From the NCBI RefSeq assembly GCF_001412615.1, contig NZ_CP013011.1:780001-812000 (forward strand): a stretch of DNA of 32,000 nucleotides, given 5' to 3'. A program made the position numbers and the translations under genes. This DNA is from Pyrodictium delaneyi (GTDB lineage: Archaea > Thermoproteota > Thermoprotei_A > Sulfolobales > Pyrodictiaceae). A model generated the notes under the pieces. It made no database searches. It was given only the letters and a program-made list of their open reading frames with translations, and had not been told where the DNA came from. This document shows, piece after piece, positions 8,414 to 17,342 of this stretch; positions within the stretch are counted from its first letter, which is position 1, and each line of letters opens with the position of its first letter.

Positions 8414-9567
8414 CTTATCCGCCTCTTTCCTGCAAGTTCTATTGCACGATCCACAGCCTCAACTGGGTCATTGTAGACCTCAACCCCGGCTTCGGCTAGA
8501 ATACGTCGTCCTTCGCTTTCCTTGGTTCCAGCGAGTCGTACTACAAGTGGTTTCCCTAGGTCTAGCTCGTGGAGCGCCAAGACTATACCTTGAGCTACTT
8601 CGTCACACCGAGTTATACCGCCGAATACGTTCATGAGTATACTTCTTGACTTCGTGTGGCTGGCTAGGAGGGCGAGCGCCGCTCTTACTCTATCAGCGGA
8701 GGCTCCTCCTCCAATGTCAAGGAATACAGAGGGCTGACCCCCACGCTCGTAAACTAGATCCATAGTAGCCATTGTCAAGCCTGCTCCGTTGCCTACTACG
8801 GCTACACCTTCCCGCCCAAGCTCAACTAGAGGTAGGCCAAGCTTCTGTGCCCGAGTCTCGAACTCAGTATACTCTCCCGTCACACTGAGACCACGATCTC
8901 CTAGCCCTGGATGACGATTCAGCGCGTTATCATCTACAATTACCTTTGCGTCAAGTGCGACTAGCTGGTCTCCTACAACAGCGAGCGGGTTAATCTCTAC
9001 GAGTTCAGCATCAAGCATCTTCCATGCTCGGTACAGCGCGAGAGCAATTGCTTCAAAGCCTCTTAGTAGGCGGCCTCGTAGCCCTAGCGAGAGTCCAACT
9101 CGCCGTGCCACGTAGCCTCGTAGCCCCAACCACGGGTCAATAACAGCCCGAATTATTGCCTCAGGTCTTCTCTTGGCGACTTCTTCTACCTCGACACCGC
9201 CCTCTCGTGAAGCCAGTAGTACTGGTCTCCTAGCAGCACGGTCCAGTGCTATGGCCAGGTAGAGTTCCAGCTTATGCTCTAAGGCCTCCTCGACTAGGAT
9301 ATGATGCGGCGATAACCCGTGAATAGGTGTCTCGAAGAGCTTCTTAGCGGCATCTACGGCTCCGTCGATGCTTGAGGCGAACAGTATGCCGCCTGCCCGG
9401 CCTCGGCCTCCCACCAGTACTTGGCTCTTTACGACAAGCGGTGGTTGTAGTCCAGCTTCTCGAATCCTCTCTGCAATATTTTCGCCACGCCTAACGATGA
9501 CGCCACGGGGTATTGGAACACCGAGTTCCGAGAGTATTTTCTTCGACTCGTATTCGAATAGCCTCAA
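8410..9567 (-). CDS. sucC: Succinyl-CoA synthetase beta subunit (ATP-grasp)
   Basis: MRLFEYESKKILSELGVPIP N-terminus, the ATP-grasp region VVKSQVLVGGRGRAGG and C-terminal NVFGGITRCDEVA. Confidence 0.9.
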   Translation of the reverse strand: MRLFEYESKKILSELGVPIPRGVIVRRGENIAERIREAGLQPPLVVKSQVLVGGRGRAGGILFASSIDGAVDAAKKLFETPIHGLSPHHILVEEALEHKLELYLAIALDRAARRPVLLASREGGVEVEEVAKRRPEAIIRAVIDPWLGLRGYVARRVGLSLGLRGRLLRGFEAIALALYRAWKMLDAELVEINPLAVVGDQLVALDAKVIVDDNALNRHPGLGDRGLSVTGEYTEFETRAQKLGLPLVELGREGVAVVGNGAGLTMATMDLVYERGGQPSVFLDIGGGASADRVRAALALLASHTKSRSILMNVFGGITRCDEVAQGIVLALHELDLGKPLVVRLAGTKESEGRRILAEAGVEVYNDPVEAVDRAIELAGKRRIR

Positions 9568-9879
9568 ACGTATACACCGTAAGGAGTAGAGCTGGCCAGC
9601 TTCTGAGACAGCTCCACGAAGGAGTAGGCTAGAGCAACTATAATAGTTAAACCTTGTTTATGATGTGAAAATGTGTTGACTCTATTGCTCTGCTATTATG
9701 CGTATGTGTCGTGCAGCTGCATAGATTGAGTAATTGTACTGCATTGTTATGTATTATGTTGTGTATTGTAACAGCATAAGCTATACCGTATGTGCACAGA
9801 ACCTACTCAATCCCGGCGGCTGCTGAGTAGACGTTACACTTCTATGGCTAAATTGCTGGAGCTAGCCCCGGGGGTGCGC

Positions 9880-10449
9880 ATGGCGGCTAGTGTCGAGGTA
9901 GAAGCTAAGCTCCAGCTAGCCAGCTGCAAGGAATTAGAGGAGGTCCGCTCTAGGCTCGAGGAGCTGGGTGCTGTTCACGAGGAAGAAGTGGTCGAGGAGG
10001 ATACCTACTTCCAGCACCCGTGCCGCGACTTCGCCGAGACCGACGAGGCCCTACGGCTCCGCATCGTTGGCGGTAAGGCCGAGCTAACATACAAGGGGCC
10101 AAAGAGGATAGTCGGGGGATCTAAGGCACGCGCCGAGTACACAACCAGCGTCGGAGACCCGGCAGCGGCGACCCGCATCCTAGAGAGCCTAGGGTTCCGT
10201 CCAGTAGTGGTGGTTCGGAAGACTCGCAGCTACTACCGGCTCGGCGATGTGTCTGTCTCCCTTGACAGGGTTGAGGGCCTCGGCTGCTTCCTAGAAGCAG
10301 AATACAAAGGCCAGGGAAGCGCCGAGCAGGCCTCGCAGTTCATCGAGGAGGTTCTCGAAAAGCTCGGCATAGCCACTAGGAAGCGCATCTACAAGTCCTA
10401 CCTCGAGCTCCTACTAGAGAAGATGAAGGCACAGGGAGCAGAGCCATAA
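9880..10449 (+). CDS. CYTH-domain protein (class IV adenylate cyclase / triphosphate tunnel metalloenzyme family)
   Basis: ExExK signature VEVEAKL right after Met at 9880, with the typical EALRLR...AELTYKGP pattern. The ORF is open from 9790, so ATG 9790 and 9844 are alternative starts. I prefer 9880 because the ExExK motif is normally N-terminal. Confidence 0.7.
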   Translation: MAASVEVEAKLQLASCKELEEVRSRLEELGAVHEEEVVEEDTYFQHPCRDFAETDEALRLRIVGGKAELTYKGPKRIVGGSKARAEYTTSVGDPAAATRILESLGFRPVVVVRKTRSYYRLGDVSVSLDRVEGLGCFLEAEYKGQGSAEQASQFIEEVLEKLGIATRKRIYKSYLELLLEKMKAQGAEP

Positions 10450-10985
10450 ACTATATAACAACAGCGTCCCGTAATAGATGTGGATATTGTGTTTCCGGGG
10501 CTGCTTACTGACGGTGACTGGGTGCCGGGCCGGCCTAGAGGATCTTGACGGCTACCTACAGCTATACTACAGCTTCTCCCCGGAGCTACGGGAGAGGCAG
10601 GGGTAGCGGCCTCCACAGCATAGAGGAGTACCGCGAGGAGGCACGAGAACATCTCGAGAAGGATGTGTTTTCTGGCAGAGGATGTGGGAAGCGAGTCGAC
10701 TTTGTGTTTATCAGAGCGGGCTAGCTCATACTTAGAGGCTGGGTGGCATCTGAGGCGCTTCGCCGGTGGATCCAGAAGGCTAGAGGAAATAGCAAGTTAG
10801 TGGATAGCAGGTATACTGCTACTGCTAGGCTGGTAGGGTGCTCACATGGCTGACGCAGACTCAGACAACCAATGAAGCATGGGTGGGGAGGACGTCCGTA
10901 GTGCTTGGCGGGAGAGGGCTAGGTGCTGTTGAAGGCCGTTTAGCTGCTAGCTGAGCAGCGGGGAGCGGGGGTGCTCGCATAGCGT

Positions 10986-11405
10986 CTAGCCGGGAACACA
11001 TAGTTGTTGCTCTGCTGCCTCGATCCTTACAAGGTCCCTCATACTGATAATTCCGACGGGTTTTCTATCCATAACCACCGGTACATGACGTATGTTATGG
11101 CGCAGCATCTTGCAGAGAATGCCGACAAGAGATTCGCCCGGCTCTGCGGTGACTAGCTTTCGCGTCATGACCTTTTCCACCGGTGTATCCGGGTCCACAC
11201 CCTCCGCTACTATCCGTACCAGGTCGCGTTCAGTGAGGATGCCTACGAGGTTCCCATGATTGTCCACCACTAGTACACTGCCAACGTTCTTCTCGCTCAT
11301 GCGTTTTGCGGCGACTCGTATACTGTCGCTAGGCTTTACGGTCACGAGGCTTGAAGTCATAATGTCGCCTGCCACGTAGGAGTCTATACATTCTACGCAT
11401 GACAA
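10986..11405 (-). CDS. CBS domain pair protein
   Basis: 139 aa with two CBS repeats (IMTSSLVTVKPSDSI...VGILTERDLVR and VMTRKLVTAEPGESL...VGIISMRDLVR). Confidence 0.8.
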   Translation of the reverse strand: MSCVECIDSYVAGDIMTSSLVTVKPSDSIRVAAKRMSEKNVGSVLVVDNHGNLVGILTERDLVRIVAEGVDPDTPVEKVMTRKLVTAEPGESLVGILCKMLRHNIRHVPVVMDRKPVGIISMRDLVRIEAAEQQLCVPG

Positions 11406-11534
11406 CCTAGCAACCCCTCTATACCTGGTTTCTCGAATTGCTAATGTAGATAATGGTTAGGTGTAATGATAATGATGAGAGTGACTGTGTTGCATGCCGG
11501 TTTCATAGTGGTTGATAGATGGGCTGGAATAATT

Positions 11535-12449
11535 CTATTGTTTATGTGCTGCACCTACAAGTTCTTCCAGGCTCTTTACACCGACTTCATTGAGGTAGTT
11601 CTCAAGGCCTTTGACGATCTCGTCTATTACTTGCTCGCCTCTGGTCACTATAGCTGTGCCAACCTGTATTGCCCGTGCTCCTGCTAGGATTAACTCGGCG
11701 GCTGAGCGCCAGTCCTCGACGCCGCCGACACCTATTATGTCGCAGTTGTGCTCTCGGTAGACCTCATAGACGGCACGTACAGCTACCGGGTGTATCGCGG
11801 GGCCCGAGAGCCCGCCGACACGGTTGCCGAGCACCGGCCTCATAGCATACACGTCTATCGCCATTGCCCGGAGCGTGTTGATGAGCACCAGGCCCCGGGC
11901 GCCGGCTTCAAGAGCCTTGCCGGCGGCCTCTACGAGCCTGTCTACGAGACCCAGCTTAGCCAACACAGGTATCTTCACGGTAGAGGCTACTGCGGCGACT
12001 ATCTCCCCGACGGTTTGGGGGTCCATGCCTAGCTCGAGGCCCCGGCCCCGGGCATGCGGACAGCTAAGGTTCAGCTCCACGGCTGCTGCACCGGCTTCCT
12101 CGGCGGCCGCGGCTAGCTCGGCGAACTCGCCTGGCTCGGAGCCCGCTATGCTGACTATGACTGGCCGTCCGAGCCTCCTGGCGGCCTTGACGAGGCTTGG
12201 TAGGCCCTCTAGGCCGGGGTTGCTGAGCCCTACAGCGTTTAGCAGGCCATAGGGCAGCGGCACGGCTATCGGCGTAGGGTAGCCCTCCCGCGGCTCCTTT
12301 GTGAATGACTTCGTGACTAGGGCTGAGGCGCCGGCTCGCGCAAGCCTCCCTAGGGCCTCTGGGCTTGAGCCGAGGATGCCGCTAGCATTCATTACCGGGT
12401 GCTCTAGCTCTAGCCCTGCCACGTGTATGCGTAGAACAGCCACTCTCAA
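11535..12449 (-). CDS. pyrD: Dihydroorotate dehydrogenase, catalytic subunit (class 1)
   Basis: LELEHPVMNASG, NAVGLSNPG, LNLSCPH and GGLSGPAIHPVA motifs. The ORF is open to ATG 12566, but that would overlap the divergent gene at 12538. TTG 12449 and GTG 12443 give the usual N-terminus about 10 residues before the NASG motif. The start is uncertain. No pyrK is adjacent. Confidence 0.8.
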   Translation of the reverse strand: MRVAVLRIHVAGLELEHPVMNASGILGSSPEALGRLARAGASALVTKSFTKEPREGYPTPIAVPLPYGLLNAVGLSNPGLEGLPSLVKAARRLGRPVIVSIAGSEPGEFAELAAAAEEAGAAAVELNLSCPHARGRGLELGMDPQTVGEIVAAVASTVKIPVLAKLGLVDRLVEAAGKALEAGARGLVLINTLRAMAIDVYAMRPVLGNRVGGLSGPAIHPVAVRAVYEVYREHNCDIIGVGGVEDWRSAAELILAGARAIQVGTAIVTRGEQVIDEIVKGLENYLNEVGVKSLEELVGAAHKQ

Positions 12450-12537
12450 CGCCCCCGGCTTCTGGGCAGTAGGCTTGAGGGTTATGAAGAGGCATCCTGC
12501 CTGGTAGTAGAAGGACTCTACCCGGGGGCAGCCACTA

Positions 12538-14010
12538 TTGGCCCTGAACCCTGCTGGCCGCGGCATTAACCCGGTTGAGTACTATCGTCGGCCCCGAGTG
12601 ACCGAGGAGATAGCCGAGTTCCTACGAGGCCGCTGGGCAGCGGTAGAGGGCACTGGTAAACGGTGGGTCCGGTGGCTTAGCGGCCGGCCCCTCCGCGTAG
12701 ACCGGCCCAGCGATGTCCCGGCTCTTGTCGAGAGGCTCCGGGGCATAGGGGTTCGTAGCTTCTATGGCACTATAGAGGTGTTCAAGAGGCTGGAGGAGAG
12801 CCGGGACGTCGAGGAGGACTACGAGGCTAACGTTCTCCGTGCAACACCATTCATAGACGTAGACATAGTGGACGAGGACCGAGTGGACGATGCATGGCGC
12901 TGTGTAGTCGAGGCGGCGGAGACTATCTACAATCACCTCTGTAGCAGCTACAATCTATGCCGGAGCATCTACATGGTCTGGAGTGGTGCTGGGATACACG
13001 TCAGGGTGAACGAGAACGCCTTCAGCAGCAAGCTGCTAGAGCAGCACCATCCCCTCGACGTCGCCTTCGCGGCCGCGGAGTATGTGCTAGAGCAGCTCGA
13101 GCCGCAGCTCCTAGACTTGATAAGGAGGTGTAAGGGCATGATAAAGATCGAGAACCTCGTAGCACCGAAGAGGGTATTCACGGCGCCGCTCAGCCTACAT
13201 CGCCGCCTAGACCGTGTAGCAGTAGCTCTGGCGCCTGAGGAGCTAGGAGACTTCAGCCCCGACTGGAGCAGGCCCGAGAACCCGCACCATAACCCTCAGG
13301 CCTGGCGCCGCTACGAGAGGGGAGAAGCCGACGAGTATGCACGCCGGGCACTCGAGCGTATAGGCAAGGTCCGACATAGGACATTGATGGAGGCACGCGC
13401 CGCCAAATTATCGCTCCCCGTTCCCGAGCCGCCGGGAGGCCTCTCTCTACCGGCCGCAGTAGCGAGTGCTCCCGGCTCCCCCAGGGAGCCCGGAAGGTTC
13501 CCCGTCATGGCGCTGCTGCAGGCTGCCCGCTACTACCTCCTCACCGGGAACCTGGAGAGGGCGAAGAGCTGGGGCCTCAACCGCGCCATATTCTATGCAT
13601 GGGCCAAGTACTACGGGCCAGCCCGCCGCCCCCAGCTAGCAGCCCGTGCCCACCGTTACTCCACGAGAGGGTCAACAGTGGACGAGGACGAGCTCCGCTG
13701 GGAGGAGGTGGGTGGCGAACGGGCCCAGGTCTCTCCGCGGGGCTGGTACGTGATAGGTGGTGTCGAGCAGCGCCCCGAGGACTTCGACCGCAACGTGGCT
13801 CGCAAGTTCGAGGAGGCGGGAATAAGCTTTGAGGAGGCTTGGCGGGCAGCGCTGGAGTACCTCCAGCGATTCCCTAGGAGCGTGCTGCGTGATCCTCAGC
13901 GCTTCTACAAGGAGGTCTACGAGCCTGTACGCGATCACTTCGTCGAGAAGGTATTGAAGAAAGTGAGAGAGAAGCATGGCGCGCTAGACCGGTGGCTGAG
14001 GAGAGGCTAG
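12538..14010 (+). CDS. Archaeo-eukaryotic primase (AEP) superfamily protein, divergent, with a long C-terminal helical extension
   Basis: Motif [10 protein letters not shown] (D107/D109), motif [12 protein letters not shown] (aa 148-157), and motif [21 protein letters not shown] (aa 204-221), which resembles the PriS D..RLIRIPNSLH. TTG start. Confidence 0.55.
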   Translation: MALNPAGRGINPVEYYRRPRVTEEIAEFLRGRWAAVEGTGKRWVRWLSGRPLRVDRPSDVPALVERLRGIGVRSFYGTIEVFKRLEESRDVEEDYEANVLRATPFIDVDIVDEDRVDDAWRCVVEAAETIYNHLCSSYNLCRSIYMVWSGAGIHVRVNENAFSSKLLEQHHPLDVAFAAAEYVLEQLEPQLLDLIRRCKGMIKIENLVAPKRVFTAPLSLHRRLDRVAVALAPEELGDFSPDWSRPENPHHNPQAWRRYERGEADEYARRALERIGKVRHRTLMEARAAKLSLPVPEPPGGLSLPAAVASAPGSPREPGRFPVMALLQAARYYLLTGNLERAKSWGLNRAIFYAWAKYYGPARRPQLAARAHRYSTRGSTVDEDELRWEEVGGERAQVSPRGWYVIGGVEQRPEDFDRNVARKFEEAGISFEEAWRAALEYLQRFPRSVLRDPQRFYKEVYEPVRDHFVEKVLKKVREKHGALDRWLRRG

Positions 14011-14128
14011 CCCTGTCCACAACACTTATTATCGTGGCGCGACTTGCTGCCCGACACGGCCCCATGTACTTGGCCTCGTAGCAGTATCCACTCCTCCAGA
14101 TGGTTCTGCATACGCGGGGTGTGTCGAG

Positions 14129-14548
14129 GTGAAGTGTAAGGGCCGGGTAGCTATAGTGATTGGGAGCAAGAGCGACCTCGAGTATGCAGAGCGCGCCGAG
14201 AAGGTCCTCCGTGAGGCCGGAGTCGAGACCGAGGTACGAGTTCTAAGCGCGCACCGCGACCCCGAGGCGCTCGACCAGTACATAAAGGAGAACGATGGAG
14301 AGATAGACGTCTACATAGCCATGGCGGGGCTCTCAGCAGCACTCCCCGGCTACATAGCCTCCCGTACGGACAAGCCGGTCATTGGTGTCCCCATACCTGC
14401 GGGCCCCCTGAAGGGCGTCGACGCACTGCTCTCGATAGTCCAGATGCCCCGCGGCGTCCCGGTAGCAGGCGTCGGCATAGGGGCTGCAGAGAACGCGGCG
14501 CTGCTAGCTCTCCGCATTCTACGCGTGGCTGGAAAATGTAACGGCTAG
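14129..14548 (+). CDS. purE: 5-(carboxyamino)imidazole ribonucleotide mutase / AIR carboxylase catalytic subunit
   Basis: [37 protein letters not shown] and [20 protein letters not shown] start. Confidence 0.85.
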   Translation: MKCKGRVAIVIGSKSDLEYAERAEKVLREAGVETEVRVLSAHRDPEALDQYIKENDGEIDVYIAMAGLSAALPGYIASRTDKPVIGVPIPAGPLKGVDALLSIVQMPRGVPVAGVGIGAAENAALLALRILRVAGKCNG

Positions 14549-14606
14549 GGGAGTACTCTTCAACCCCAGGGGTGCACCTCTCCTACTGCTTGGGTGTGCT
14601 AATCCC

Positions 14607-15023
14607 TTGCATGAATGGGCGCTCATACGGGCAATCATAGCAGAAGTAGAGGAAGTCGTTAAGAAGGGTTACAAGGTAGACGAGGTAACAGTATATCTTG
14701 GCGAGCTGCAAAACGTGGACAAGAGCGTAATGGAGGCATACTTAAATGAAGCTATCCCCCAGATCGCGCCCGGAGCCCAAGTGCGCTACGAGACTGAGCC
14801 TGCCCGGTTCCGCTGCCGCGTCTGTGGCCGCGAATGGGGCCTAGACGCCGTGGAGCTTGATGAAGCCACTCGAGAGGCCATACACTTCGTCCCGGAGGCC
14901 GTCTACAGCTTCGTCCGCTGCCCGTTCTGCGGGAGCCGCGACTACGAGATAACTCAGGGCCGCGGGGTACGCCTAGCCCTCGTAACCAGCCGCCGGCAGG
15001 AGGAGACCGGAGAGACGAGGTGA
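14607..15023 (+). CDS. hypA: Hydrogenase nickel-incorporation protein HypA
   Basis: The TTG start gives the canonical MHEWAL N-terminus. Two CxxC pairs are present (CRVCGREW ... CPFCGSRDYEITQGRG). Confidence 0.85.
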   Translation: MHEWALIRAIIAEVEEVVKKGYKVDEVTVYLGELQNVDKSVMEAYLNEAIPQIAPGAQVRYETEPARFRCRVCGREWGLDAVELDEATREAIHFVPEAVYSFVRCPFCGSRDYEITQGRGVRLALVTSRRQEETGETR

Positions 15024-15029
15024 ACTTGT

Positions 15030-15785
15030 ATGGAGCAGTTTGGCTCAATCGACCCCCGGCTAACTGGAGCCCGGCTAATGCTCTCCAAAGTGAAGGCAGT
15101 AGTCCCGGTTATGAGCGCTAAGGGTGGCGTCGGTAAGACACTGGTAGCAGTGCTCACAGCGCTGCACGCTGCCCGGATGGGCCGCCGGGTAGGACTTCTA
15201 GACCTAGACGTGACCAGTCCATCCGCCCACATAGCGCTCGGTGTTGACCCCCAGAAGCTCCAGCCAGAGGAGCGGGACGGAGTAGTACCCCCAGATGTGG
15301 CGGGCGTCAAGTTCATGACGGTAGCGTTCTATACTTGGGACAAGCCGACCCCGCTCCGCGGCCCGGCAGTCGACGATGCTATCAGGGAGGTGCTGGCTGT
15401 CACCAATTGGGGTGAGCTGGACCTCCTCGTCGTGGACACCCCGCCGGGGCTCCGCGACGAGGCCCTTGACGTGCTCGAGTACCTTCCCAGGCCCCGCGTC
15501 TTGGCTGTTGCGACTCCGTCTCGGCTAGCCCGGGCAGGCGTCGAGAGACTACTAGCGATCCTCGAGGAGCAGGGCCTAGAGCGCTACATCGTAGAAAACA
15601 TGGCTATAGGCGCAGTAGGCCTTGAGGAGCTCGCGGAGAAGTACCACGCTCGCTACCTTGGCAGGATCCGTTACGACCCCGGCGTCGAGGAGGCCCTAGG
15701 GAGCCCCGAGAAGCTATTAGACACGGACATGGCCAAGGACGTGGAGCAGATCGCCAAGAAGCTCCTAGAGGAGCTAGGGCTCTAG
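15030..15785 (+). CDS. Mrp/MinD-family P-loop ATPase, probable archaeal-type HypB partner of HypA
   Basis: Deviant Walker A MSAKGGVGKT and Walker B LLVVDTPPG. It starts 7 nt after hypA. A Mrp/MinD-type ATPase has been reported to take the HypB role in Thermococcales, so the functional call rests on context. Confidence 0.65.
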   Translation: MEQFGSIDPRLTGARLMLSKVKAVVPVMSAKGGVGKTLVAVLTALHAARMGRRVGLLDLDVTSPSAHIALGVDPQKLQPEERDGVVPPDVAGVKFMTVAFYTWDKPTPLRGPAVDDAIREVLAVTNWGELDLLVVDTPPGLRDEALDVLEYLPRPRVLAVATPSRLARAGVERLLAILEEQGLERYIVENMAIGAVGLEELAEKYHARYLGRIRYDPGVEEALGSPEKLLDTDMAKDVEQIAKKLLEELGL

Positions 15786-15803
15786 CAGGCTCCTTTCCGA
15801 ACC

Positions 15804-16292
15804 CTAGTCCTCGGGCATCGGGTTTTCGTAGAGCGGCCGGCCCATACGGGTTGGAGGCGCAAGCCAGTCCACCACCGCTCTAGGGTCTCTGTGCTCGACG
15901 ATGAACGTTATCGGGCCCAAGGCGGCCTCGGCATCCATGTCTACAAGGCTTACGCGGCCCACGTAGGCAGCTTGTTTGTTCAGCCGGAACACTAGCACCC
16001 CCTGGTCTATGCCGCGGAGCATGTAGCCCCGCGCAGCGTCTAGTATCCGCTCGCGGCGCAGCCTCTCATGCAGTCGGAGGAGTCCTCGGAGGCTATACGA
16101 CTCAGCCACTACTAGCCGGTAGCCCCGTCCCAGGTCTTCCACCCATATCCTCTCCGGCGCGAATACGTTGAGTATGGCACGCTTAACTCTCTCTACGTCT
16201 TCTGTGGGCCGTGCTTCAGCCTCTACACGTACACGCGTCAAGCTCGGCAGCACCCCTACAACAATAGCTCGTATAGACTCTGCTCCGTTCAT
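15804..16292 (-). CDS. UPF0201/COG1931-like putative RNA-binding protein
   Basis: VRVEAEARPTEDVERVKRAILNVF and FRLNKQAAYVGRVS match my recollection of this conserved archaeal family. No search was run. Confidence 0.55.
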   Translation of the reverse strand: MNGAESIRAIVVGVLPSLTRVRVEAEARPTEDVERVKRAILNVFAPERIWVEDLGRGYRLVVAESYSLRGLLRLHERLRRERILDAARGYMLRGIDQGVLVFRLNKQAAYVGRVSLVDMDAEAALGPITFIVEHRDPRAVVDWLAPPTRMGRPLYENPMPED

Positions 16293-16614
16293 AGGGTATG
16301 CTTCGCGAACCCTCCTATCTACCCTCCGGGAGACATAATCAAGACGAACACAGCATAAAACTGGGGCAAAACATCCGTATAAACCTAGTCACAGTACATG
16401 GCTATGGCTCAAGATATGTACTCCCTAGTCCTCGACGATATTCTGCAGCGTCGAGCGGAGGCTTGTAAGCTAGTGTTAGAAGCCTCCATATAGATATTTC
16501 CGATAGAAGCTGTAAGCGGTTAAAGCATCTCATAGTACTCGGTTTTAGTCGCCCCGGCGTAAACACCCTCTAATCCTTTCCAAGCACTACTAGGAACACG
16601 GGCTGTGACAGATA

Positions 16615-17118
16615 TTGAACACGGTACTCGATATACCGGCGCATATGCTCAACATCGTAAAAGATTTCGTAGATTCTAGCAGGCGGCTCGCTGTAGTTTG
16701 CCTGGGTAATGAGCTTAGAGGAGACGATATCGTCGGGAAAATTGTCTGTGAGCGTCTATCCGAGTCATGTGACGGGAAAATATACATAGTTTATGCAGGG
16801 CCGGATGCTGCCAGCATCATAGGGCTAGCGTTAGAGGGGTACAAGGTCCTAGTTGTTGACGCAGTCATTCGCAGAAAGGGTGGAATAGGAGATATTATTA
16901 TTGCTACAACTGAGGAGCTAAGTGAGGATGAGAATCTGTTGCCATCAACTCACCTTCTTCCGGTAAGCAGACTTGCCAGGTATCTTGGTCCTAGACTGCT
17001 TATAGTAGGGGTTAATGTTAATCCTCGTAACCTAGGCTTGGGCGACAAAGCCTCGAAAGAAGTCGTAAGAGCGGCACGAGCTCTTGCAGACTTGCTCGCT
17101 GGGGTACTACAATGCTAG
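16615..17118 (+). CDS. [NiFe]-hydrogenase maturation endopeptidase (HycI/HybD family)
   Basis: VVCLGNELRGDDIVG (the GNxxxxDDxxG motif), VVDAV and a later His (PSTHLLP). The ORF starts at TTG 16615, and ATG 16645 is an alternative start. Confidence 0.75.
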   Translation: MNTVLDIPAHMLNIVKDFVDSSRRLAVVCLGNELRGDDIVGKIVCERLSESCDGKIYIVYAGPDAASIIGLALEGYKVLVVDAVIRRKGGIGDIIIATTEELSEDENLLPSTHLLPVSRLARYLGPRLLIVGVNVNPRNLGLGDKASKEVVRAARALADLLAGVLQC

Positions 17119-17342
17119 GAAGGTAAAGGTTATGCGTGGCATACGGGGAGGAAGAGGATATAATTGAGGTGATTGCAGACATGTTATTCCATATTAGCTG
17201 TAGACACTGATTAGTACTGTTTCGTGGTTTTCCGTAGTCATAGAGTTTAGCAAGGCTCGTAGTGTCCCCTTCGTCAATGAAGACCTTGTGTTTCGTGAGA
17301 CTATGGGGGTGAACAGGTAAGCTCCTATTGGCTTCCGTCGTT

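Noticed and set aside
9600-9789. Perfect 10-bp palindrome TGCAGCTGCA (9712-9721) and three ATTGT repeats (9733, 9743, 9765) in the sucC/CYTH divergent promoter
   Set aside because: These are short, A/T/G-rich motifs in a low-complexity AT-rich spacer. I cannot distinguish them from chance without comparative data.
10398-10652. 84-aa minus-strand ORF overlapping the 3' end of the CYTH gene
   Set aside because: It has no motif and a low-complexity Ser/Pro-rich translation, and it overlaps a well-supported gene. It is most likely spurious.
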